DNA from: Aquifex aeolicus VF5
GTDB taxonomy: Bacteria; Aquificota; Aquificia; Aquificales; Aquificaceae
Assembly: GCF_000008625.1 (NCBI RefSeq)
Contig: NC_000918.1
Coordinates: forward strand, 480,001 to 512,000
Reading direction: 5' to 3'
Length of the DNA: 32,000 nucleotides
Shown here: in pieces, positions 25,654 to 32,000 of the stretch
How the letters are laid out: each line of letters opens with the position of its first letter
Position numbering within the stretch: the first letter of the stretch is position 1
Translations under genes and position numbers: made by a program
The notes under the pieces: generated by a model
Told to the model about the DNA's origin: nothing
Database searches by the model: none
What the model saw: the letters and a program-made list of their open reading frames with translations, nothing else

Positions 25654-26826
25654 ATGACTAAGGTTGTAAATTACGGGGAAGTTCAGTACGGTTTTGCTAA
25701 GAGGTACTTTGAAGAATTCTTATCCGAGAGGAAAGGAAGGATAGAAAAGCTCTTGAAACCAGAAAAAACTCCGGTTCTCCTTATGGACATCCAGGGTGTG
25801 AAGAAAAAGTACCTCGAAGTTAAGTATCACTTTCCCGAGTTTAACGTTTACTACGCGGTTAAGGCAAATGACGACGAAAGCGTTATAAGGGCTCTCGTTG
25901 AAGTGGGAGCAGGATTTGAGGTTGCCTCTTCTCAGGAACTTGAAAAGGTTCTGAGGCTTGGAGGAAAAATTGAAAAAGTAATTTCAAGTAATCCAGTAAA
26001 ACCTCCAGAATTTATAGAGTTTGCGTATCAGAAGGGTGTTAGAACCTTCGCGGTGGATAGCATAACGGAAGTTAAAAAAATTAAAGATATTGCCCCGCGT
26101 TCAAAAGTTTACGTGAGGATTGCCGTTCCGAATGAAGGAAGCGACTGGCCCCTTTCCCGGAAGTTTGGAGTGAGTGTGGAAGAAGCCGTTGAAATTCTAG
26201 AGTACGCAAATGACCTTGGACTCGTCCCTTACGGGATTACCTTTCACGTGGGTTCTCAGTGTAATAACTTAAGAAACTGGTTCATAGCGGTAAAGCTTTC
26301 TGCACAACTCTGGGAAAAGGCAAGGGCAAAGGGACTAAAGCTTCAGATGCTCAACATGGGCGGGGGAATTCCCGTTCGTTACAACTACGAAGCTCTGAGC
26401 GTTGAGGACATAGCCTATTACGTCAAAGGACTCATGAGGAAGTACTTTCCTGTTCAACCTTATGAACTGCAGATAGAACCCGGAAGGGGAATAGTCGGAG
26501 ATCAGGGAATTATGGTAACAAAGGTAATAGGGAAAGCTAAGAGAGGAAGTGAAAACTGGCTTTACATAGACACTGGAGTTTTTAACGGACTTGCGGAAGC
26601 ACTCGGGGGCATAAGGTATCCCTTCTTCCTTGAAAGGGAAGGGGAACTGAAGGAGTGGACAATAGGCGGTGTTTCCTGCGACAGTATGGACGTAGTGGCT
26701 AAGAACGTTTACCTTCCAGAACCTGAAGTAGGTGATTACCTTTACATACTTTCCGCTGGAGCTTACACCACCGTTTACGCTTCAAACTTCAACGGCTTTC
26801 CTAAACCTGAGGTTGTTCCTTTTTAG
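25654..26826 (+). CDS. PLP-dependent Orn/DAP/Arg decarboxylase family 2 (most like ornithine decarboxylase)
   Basis: NVYYAVKANDDESVIRALVEVGAGFEVAS, YGITFHVGSQCNN, LNMGGGIPV, EPGRGIVGD, GVSCDSMDVVAKNVYLPEPEVGDYLYILSAGAYTTVYASNFNGF. Confidence 0.88.
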   Translation: MTKVVNYGEVQYGFAKRYFEEFLSERKGRIEKLLKPEKTPVLLMDIQGVKKKYLEVKYHFPEFNVYYAVKANDDESVIRALVEVGAGFEVASSQELEKVLRLGGKIEKVISSNPVKPPEFIEFAYQKGVRTFAVDSITEVKKIKDIAPRSKVYVRIAVPNEGSDWPLSRKFGVSVEEAVEILEYANDLGLVPYGITFHVGSQCNNLRNWFIAVKLSAQLWEKARAKGLKLQMLNMGGGIPVRYNYEALSVEDIAYYVKGLMRKYFPVQPYELQIEPGRGIVGDQGIMVTKVIGKAKRGSENWLYIDTGVFNGLAEALGGIRYPFFLEREGELKEWTIGGVSCDSMDVVAKNVYLPEPEVGDYLYILSAGAYTTVYASNFNGFPKPEVVPF

Positions 26827-26842
26827 AAATAAATTCAATCTT

Positions 26843-27745
26843 ATGAATAAGTACCCCTCTTATTTGAACCTCTATGAGAGCGGAGAGCTGGAAAAGAGGG
26901 TGGAAAAAGCCCTTAATATGCTTGAAAAGTGTAAGGTTTGTCCCCATACCTGCGGTGTAAACAGGCTGGAAGATGACAAAAAGGGATACTGTAAAGTAGG
27001 AAGGTACGCTGTGGTCGCCGACTACTTTCCCCACTTCGGCGAGGAATTTCCCATAAGGGGATACAGGGGAAGCGGGACGATATTCTTCTCTTACTGCAAC
27101 ATGAGGTGTGTTTACTGCCAGAACTACGATGTCAGCCACTTGGGCGCGGGAAGGATTATGAAACCCGAGGACCTCGCAGAAGTTATGCTGGAACTTCAGG
27201 ACTACGGTTGCCATAACATAAACCTCGTTTCTCCTTCCCACGTAGTTCCCCAGATACTCGAAGCCCTCCTAATAGCGGTAGAAAGAGGACTTAGAATTCC
27301 AATAGTTTACAATACATCTTCCTTTGACTCTCTGGAAACCTTAAAACTTCTTGATGGAATAGTTGACATATACCTCGCGGATTTAAAGTACCTAAACAAA
27401 GAGTACGGGAGGAAGTACTCAAAGGTGAAAGATTACCCATCTGTCGCAAAGGAAGCGATAAGGGAAATGTACAGGCAGGTGGGAAACCTGGAAGTGGACG
27501 AAAGGGGTATAGCTGTAAGGGGGCTGCTCGTTAGACACCTCGTTCTTCCAAACGACATATCCACCACAAAGGAGGTTATGGAATTCTTAAGAAGTATTGA
27601 TCCAAAGCTTGCGGTAAACGTTATGAAGCAGTATCACCCATACTACAAAGCGTGGGATTATCCCGAACTTTCCAGAAGAATAACGGAAGAAGAATACAAA
27701 AAAGCCCTTGAAGAAGCTCAAGGCTTTACCCTGATTGTGGATTAA
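26843..27745 (+). CDS. Radical SAM protein, PflA-like / pyruvate formate-lyase activating enzyme-related
   Basis: Canonical CxxxCxxC in FFSYCNMRCVYCQNYDVSH, plus CPHTCGVNRLEDDKKGYC. The probable start is ATG 26843, inside the track ORF starting at 26732. Confidence 0.88.
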   Translation: MNKYPSYLNLYESGELEKRVEKALNMLEKCKVCPHTCGVNRLEDDKKGYCKVGRYAVVADYFPHFGEEFPIRGYRGSGTIFFSYCNMRCVYCQNYDVSHLGAGRIMKPEDLAEVMLELQDYGCHNINLVSPSHVVPQILEALLIAVERGLRIPIVYNTSSFDSLETLKLLDGIVDIYLADLKYLNKEYGRKYSKVKDYPSVAKEAIREMYRQVGNLEVDERGIAVRGLLVRHLVLPNDISTTKEVMEFLRSIDPKLAVNVMKQYHPYYKAWDYPELSRRITEEEYKKALEEAQGFTLIVD

Positions 27746-27756
27746 AATAATCAATT

Positions 27757-28590
27757 ATGGATGTAACCGTAATAAGTGCCTTTCTGGGCGGACTCCTTTC
27801 CTTTCTATCTCCCTGTATCCTTCCGATAATCCCTGCGTACCTCTCCTACATTTCTGGTGTCGGAGTAAGTGACGTAGAAACTCAAAAGGGAAAAGTGAAC
27901 TGGAAAGTGTTCTTTTCAGCCCTATACTTTGTCCTCGGATTTACGCTTGTCTTTACGGGACTTGGCGCAAGTGCGACTTTTGTGGGGCAGCTTCTTCACG
28001 ATTATCAGGAATGGATAATAAGGGTGGGAAGCGGACTCGTGATATTCTTCGGTCTCCACTTTGCGGGAGTGTTTTTATGGAAGCACTTCCTGAAGGTTTA
28101 CATACCGATAGGTATCTTAATTCCCGTTCTTTACTTCTTAAAACTCCTCTCATGGAACGAGTTCTTTAACTTGATGTTTGCCTACGCGGTAGTTTTAATC
28201 CTTTACCTCGTAAAAGCTCACGAGTTTTTATACAGGCAGTTAAAGATAGAGGCAAAGGCGGAAATTTCTTACTTGGGAGCCTTCTTAATGGGGGTAGTTT
28301 TTGCCTTCGGGTGGAGTCCCTGTATAGGGCCCGTTCTCGGTTCCATTCTCTTCCTCGCCTCTCAGCAGGAGACCGTAGCAAAAGGAGCTCTTCTACTTTT
28401 CGTTTACTCAATAGGTCTCGGAATACCCTTTCTCCTTGCAGGACTCCTCTTTTCCCTATTCCTTAACTTTGTGAGGTCCTTTTCAAGGTACTTCAAGTAC
28501 GTGGAAATTGCGGGCGGTGTTCTGCTTGTTTCCTTGGGACTTCTTCTCGCACTGGATAAGCTCTCACTTATTGCTAACATTACTTTCTGA
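27757..28590 (+). CDS. ccdA: CcdA/DsbD-family cytochrome c biogenesis membrane protein
   Basis: AFLGGLLSFLSPCILPIIPAYLSYISG, FAFGWSPCIGPVLGSIL (paired membrane cysteines), multiple transmembrane segments. Confidence 0.9.
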   Translation: MDVTVISAFLGGLLSFLSPCILPIIPAYLSYISGVGVSDVETQKGKVNWKVFFSALYFVLGFTLVFTGLGASATFVGQLLHDYQEWIIRVGSGLVIFFGLHFAGVFLWKHFLKVYIPIGILIPVLYFLKLLSWNEFFNLMFAYAVVLILYLVKAHEFLYRQLKIEAKAEISYLGAFLMGVVFAFGWSPCIGPVLGSILFLASQQETVAKGALLLFVYSIGLGIPFLLAGLLFSLFLNFVRSFSRYFKYVEIAGGVLLVSLGLLLALDKLSLIANITF

Positions 28591-29213
28591 TGAGGACTGT
28601 TGTAATAGACTATGGAATGGGCAACTTAAGGAGTGTCAGTAAAGCTCTTGAGGCGGTAGGATTTCCCGAAGTAGTAGTCTCAAACGATTACAGAGTGGCT
28701 TCCGAGGCGGATGTCCTTGTTCTTCCGGGTGTCGGTGCCTTCGGAGACGCTATGAAAAATCTGGAGGAACTAAACTTAGTCAGCGTAATAAGGAGACATA
28801 TAGAAAAAGGAAAGCCCTTTCTTGGAATATGCCTCGGTCTTCAACTCCTCTTTGAAAAAAGCTATGAACACGGTGAGCATAGGGGTCTCGGGATTTTAAA
28901 GGGTGAGGTTATACTGCTCCCTTTGGGGGTGAAAATACCCCACATAGGATGGAACCAGCTGTGGTTTAAGAAGGAAAGTGAGATACTGGAAGGTCTGAAA
29001 GAGGGAGATTTCGTTTACTTCGTCCACTCTTACAGAGTAGTTCCGGAAGACGAGAGCGTAGTTCTCACAAAAACCGATTACGGAGAATACTTCGTCTCTT
29101 CAATAGAACTGGATAACGTAGTGGCTTTCCAGTTCCACCCCGAAAAGAGTCAAAAGAAGGGCTTAAAACTCCTTGAAAATTTTAAAAGGAAGGCGGAAAA
29201 GCTTACCACCTGA
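28590..29213 (+). CDS. hisH: Imidazole glycerol phosphate synthase, glutamine amidotransferase subunit
   Basis: [70 protein letters not shown]. Confidence 0.96.
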   Translation: MRTVVIDYGMGNLRSVSKALEAVGFPEVVVSNDYRVASEADVLVLPGVGAFGDAMKNLEELNLVSVIRRHIEKGKPFLGICLGLQLLFEKSYEHGEHRGLGILKGEVILLPLGVKIPHIGWNQLWFKKESEILEGLKEGDFVYFVHSYRVVPEDESVVLTKTDYGEYFVSSIELDNVVAFQFHPEKSQKKGLKLLENFKRKAEKLTT

Positions 29214-29685
29214 AGTGGGAGAAAACCATGTTCGCATGTGCCATCCTGTGTGTCTCTTCCTTCTTCTTGTACGCTCCTCCCCTCTCGTTCAGCGCATCCA
29301 ATAGCTCCGCCTTTAACCTCTCTATCATAGTGTACTGTCCCCTTCCCCTCGGTCTTTCCCTCGCAGCCTGAACCAGCCACTTTATCGCAAGGCTTATCTG
29401 CCTCCTCTCTGGCACTTCTATCGGCACCTGATACGTAGCTCCTCCCACTCTTCTGGGTCTCACTTCCCACTCGGGCTTTAACTTCTCTATTACCTTATGA
29501 AGCAGTTCAACAGGGTGCATGTTTACCTCTTTCGCAGCCTCTTCCAGTGCAGTGTAGACTATCCACTCAGCCACGCTTTTCTTTCCGTCCTTCATCACTT
29601 TGTTTATTAACTTCTGAACGAGTACGTCCCCGTACTTGGGGTCGGGCGGTATTTCTCTCGGAGGTACTGGTCCTTTCCTTGGCAT
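29203..29685 (-). CDS. rpsG: 30S ribosomal protein S7
   Basis: [86 protein letters not shown]. Confidence 0.97.
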   Translation of the reverse strand: MPRKGPVPPREIPPDPKYGDVLVQKLINKVMKDGKKSVAEWIVYTALEEAAKEVNMHPVELLHKVIEKLKPEWEVRPRRVGGATYQVPIEVPERRQISLAIKWLVQAARERPRGRGQYTMIERLKAELLDALNERGGAYKKKEETHRMAHANMVFSHFRW

Positions 29686-29688
29686 CTA

Positions 29689-30075
29689 TTAACCTCCTTT
29701 TTCTTCCTTTGGTCTCTTGGTTCCGTACTTGGAACGGGATTGTCTCCTTCCTTCAACTCCAGCTGCATCAAGCGCTCCTCTGATAATCTTGTATCTCACA
29801 CCGGGAAGGTCTTTCACTCTTCCTCCTCTCACGAGAACTATAGAGTGCTCCTGAAGGTTGTGACCTTCACCGGGGATGTAGGCGGTGACTTCAATACCGT
29901 TGGAGAGTCTGACTCTTGCAACTTTTCTGAGTGCAGAGTTTGGCTTTTTTGGAGTGACTGTGTAGACTCTGACACACACACCTCTCTTTTGAGGGCAGCC
30001 TTGAAGTGCCGGAGCTTTTGACTTTTTCTTCCTCTTTTCCCTTCCGTACTTAACTAACTGGTTGAACGTCGGCAT
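29689..30075 (-). CDS. rpsL: 30S ribosomal protein S12
   Basis: [74 protein letters not shown]. Confidence 0.98.
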   Translation of the reverse strand: MPTFNQLVKYGREKRKKKSKAPALQGCPQKRGVCVRVYTVTPKKPNSALRKVARVRLSNGIEVTAYIPGEGHNLQEHSIVLVRGGRVKDLPGVRYKIIRGALDAAGVEGRRQSRSKYGTKRPKEEKGG

Positions 30076-30160
30076 TCGCTTCCTCCTTTTAAGGCAAATT
30101 ATTAGTATATCAAAATGCTAAAATTAAAGGCAATTAAAACCCCTTTTCAGGAGGAGCTTC

Positions 30161-31558
30161 ATGGAGTTTGACTTAATAATCGTGGGTGCGGGTAGTGGAG
30201 GTTACGAGGCGGGGCTTTACGCCTTCAGAAGGGGAATGAAGGTAGCCTTCGTGGAACTCTCTCCGGAGACCGTGGGAGGAAATTGCCTCAACAGAGGTTG
30301 CATCCCTTCAAAGTACATGAGGCACGGGGCTTACCTCCTTGACAAGTTTCAGAAAATGGAGCAATACGGAATAATTTCAAAGGGTTACGACATAGAGTAC
30401 AAAAAACTCAAAGAGGGAAGGGATAACGTCGTAGTGACCATAAGGGAAAACTTTAAGAAGTTCGCCCAGCAACTCAGAATTCCCATATACTACGGCAAAG
30501 GAGTTTTAAAGGATCCAAACACTGTGTTCGTGGAAGGACCAGAGGAAACTCTGAAGGCTAAGTACATCCTCGTGGCTACTGGATCCTCTCCTACCTCTGT
30601 CGGGAACCTCGTTCCGGACGGAAAGTACGTTATAGACACAGATCAGATATGGGAAATAGATTACGTACCAAAGAAGGTTCTAATAGTCGGGGGCGGAGCA
30701 GTAGGGGTTGAGTTCGCATACATATTCAGGAAGTACGGAAGTGAGGTTGTTCTGGTAGAGATAAAAGACAGACTCCTTCCCACTCCCGATATCCCCGAGG
30801 ACAGCGGGAGGTACCTCGCCAGAAAGTTAAGGGAACTGGGAGTTGATATAAGGACGAGAACTTCTGTGGAGAGCTGGGAAAAGACTCAGAACGGAGTAAA
30901 GGCAAAGCTCACGGACGGGAGCGAGGTTGTAGCGGACTTCATCCTCCTCGGTGTAGGAAGAAAACCAAACACCAAAGGAATAGGCCTTGAGGAACTCGGT
31001 ATAGAGATGGACGAGAGGGGATTCGTAAAGACGAACGAGTACGCCCAAACGAACATTCCAAACATATACGCCTGTGGGGATATAACCTCTCCCTTAATGC
31101 TGGCTCACAAGTCTATGTACGAGGGTAAAATCGCCGTTTCCCACATACTTGGCGAGAGGGACTGGAAGAAGAACGAGAGGATAATTCCCAAGATTATTTA
31201 CTCCGCACTGGAAGTGGCATCGGTCGGCCTCACTGAAGAGCAGGCGGAAGACGAAGACATAGAAGTAAGGGTGGGAGTAGCTTCTTTCGTTTCAAACCCC
31301 AAAGCCATGGACGACGGAGAGAATGAGGGATTTGTAAGGATAGTGGCGGACGACGAGACTGGTGAAATACTCGGATGTCACATAGTCGGTCCACATGCGG
31401 GAGAACTCATACATCAGGTAGTTCACATGATAAAGGACGGAAAAACCGTGGAGTTTGCTTCAAAGACTATGTACTCCCACCCATCACTTTCGGAAAACAT
31501 AGGAATAGCTTCCTCGGAGGTTTATTACGGACCTATATCGTGGGTAAAAAGGCGGTAA
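30161..31558 (+). CDS. lpdA: Dihydrolipoamide dehydrogenase
   Basis: DLIIVGAGSGGYEAGLYAFRRG, GGNCLNRGCIPSKYMRHG (redox cysteine pair), VLIVGGGAVGVEFAYIF, NIYACGDIT, YSHPSLSE. Confidence 0.94.
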   Translation: MEFDLIIVGAGSGGYEAGLYAFRRGMKVAFVELSPETVGGNCLNRGCIPSKYMRHGAYLLDKFQKMEQYGIISKGYDIEYKKLKEGRDNVVVTIRENFKKFAQQLRIPIYYGKGVLKDPNTVFVEGPEETLKAKYILVATGSSPTSVGNLVPDGKYVIDTDQIWEIDYVPKKVLIVGGGAVGVEFAYIFRKYGSEVVLVEIKDRLLPTPDIPEDSGRYLARKLRELGVDIRTRTSVESWEKTQNGVKAKLTDGSEVVADFILLGVGRKPNTKGIGLEELGIEMDERGFVKTNEYAQTNIPNIYACGDITSPLMLAHKSMYEGKIAVSHILGERDWKKNERIIPKIIYSALEVASVGLTEEQAEDEDIEVRVGVASFVSNPKAMDDGENEGFVRIVADDETGEILGCHIVGPHAGELIHQVVHMIKDGKTVEFASKTMYSHPSLSENIGIASSEVYYGPISWVKRR

Positions 31559-31621
31559 AACTTGACACCACTCATTGTTTATTCAAAGGGAATACTCATA
31601 TTTCCTAAAGGAGGTAAGTAA

Positions 31622-32000
31622 ATGGCCGTTCAGGACGTAATAGAGGCTCTCAAGAAGGAAACCCTTGAAGACGTAGGTATAAATCAAAACCTAGCACAGC
31701 TCGTAAAAGACATAAAAATGGTGGGAAATGTTCTCACGATAGTCTTTGAACCCCCAAAGCAGGGACTTGAAGACATTATAAGAGCAAAGGTTATAGACGC
31801 CTTAGGTAACCTTCCCGAGGTTCAAAAAATTGACGTGAAGTTTGTAAAACCTCAGGCTCAGATTCCCGTAAAGCAGCAAGCACCCCAGCAACAGCAAACC
31901 CCACCGCCCCAAACGCAACAACCCATGTTCACGAGGAAAAAGGTTCCCGGAGTAAAACACATAATAGCGGTTGGAAGCGGTAAAGGAGGAGTTGGAAAGT
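31622..32000 (+). CDS. mrp: Mrp/NBP35-family iron-sulfur cluster carrier ATPase (partial at window edge)
   Basis: My translation: MAVQDVIEALKKETLEDVGINQNLAQLVKDIKMVGNVLTIVFEPPKQG... (MIP18/DUF59 domain), Q/P-rich linker, then VPGVKHIIAVGSGKGGVGK (P-loop). Confidence 0.9.
   Translation, partial: MAVQDVIEALKKETLEDVGINQNLAQLVKDIKMVGNVLTIVFEPPKQGLEDIIRAKVIDALGNLPEVQKIDVKFVKPQAQIPVKQQAPQQQQTPPPQTQQPMFTRKKVPGVKHIIAVGSGKGGVGK

Noticed and set aside
26801-27241. 146-aa minus-strand ORF opposite the radical SAM gene
   Set aside because: The sense strand carries the CxxxCxxC radical SAM motif and conserved cysteines; the antisense ORF has no motif and is best explained as a shadow.
29150-29470. 106-aa minus-strand ORF overlapping rpsG in another frame
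   Set aside because: Alternative frame of the highly conserved S7 gene; Arg/Glu/Gly-rich frame-shift-like composition.
30076-30160. Divergent promoter or regulatory element between rpsL and lpdA
   Set aside because: A divergent promoter must exist functionally, but I see only AT-rich sequence and Shine-Dalgarno motifs, with no specific repeated operator I can defend.

Overview
Compact, gene-dense, thermophile-type bacterial chromosome. Protein content, the ATGA-type gene overlaps and gene order match Aquifex aeolicus or a close Aquificota relative; this is from recall, not a search. Contents from left to right: partial hspR-like MerR regulator and dnaJ (-); truB (-); trpB, ThiO-like oxidase and HyuA-like hydantoinase/oxoprolinase (+); secreted SNase-like nuclease, small membrane/helical-repeat protein, frr, pyrH and tsf (-); an orphan IS200/IS605-type tnpB with hairpins at both ends (-); a tightly coupled glycogen/alpha-glucan cluster glgP - NDP-sugar pyrophosphorylase/phosphomannomutase-like fusion - GH57 - glgA - glgB - malQ (+); P-type cation ATPase, D-lactate/2-hydroxyacid dehydrogenase, ornithine/diaminopimelate decarboxylase family enzyme, PflA-like radical SAM protein, ccdA and hisH (+); rpsG and rpsL (-); lpd (+); partial mrp (+). 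I found no CRISPR array, tRNA, rRNA or obvious novel defence island. The best 'system-like' signals are: (1) the tnpB unit, whose 3' coding end runs into a probable omega-RNA/right-end hairpin, with a covarying hairpin on the other side; (2) a HAIR-like inverted repeat (11/14 positions) in front of dnaJ-hspR; (3) a phosphomannomutase-like domain in the glycogen cluster that appears to have lost its catalytic signatures.
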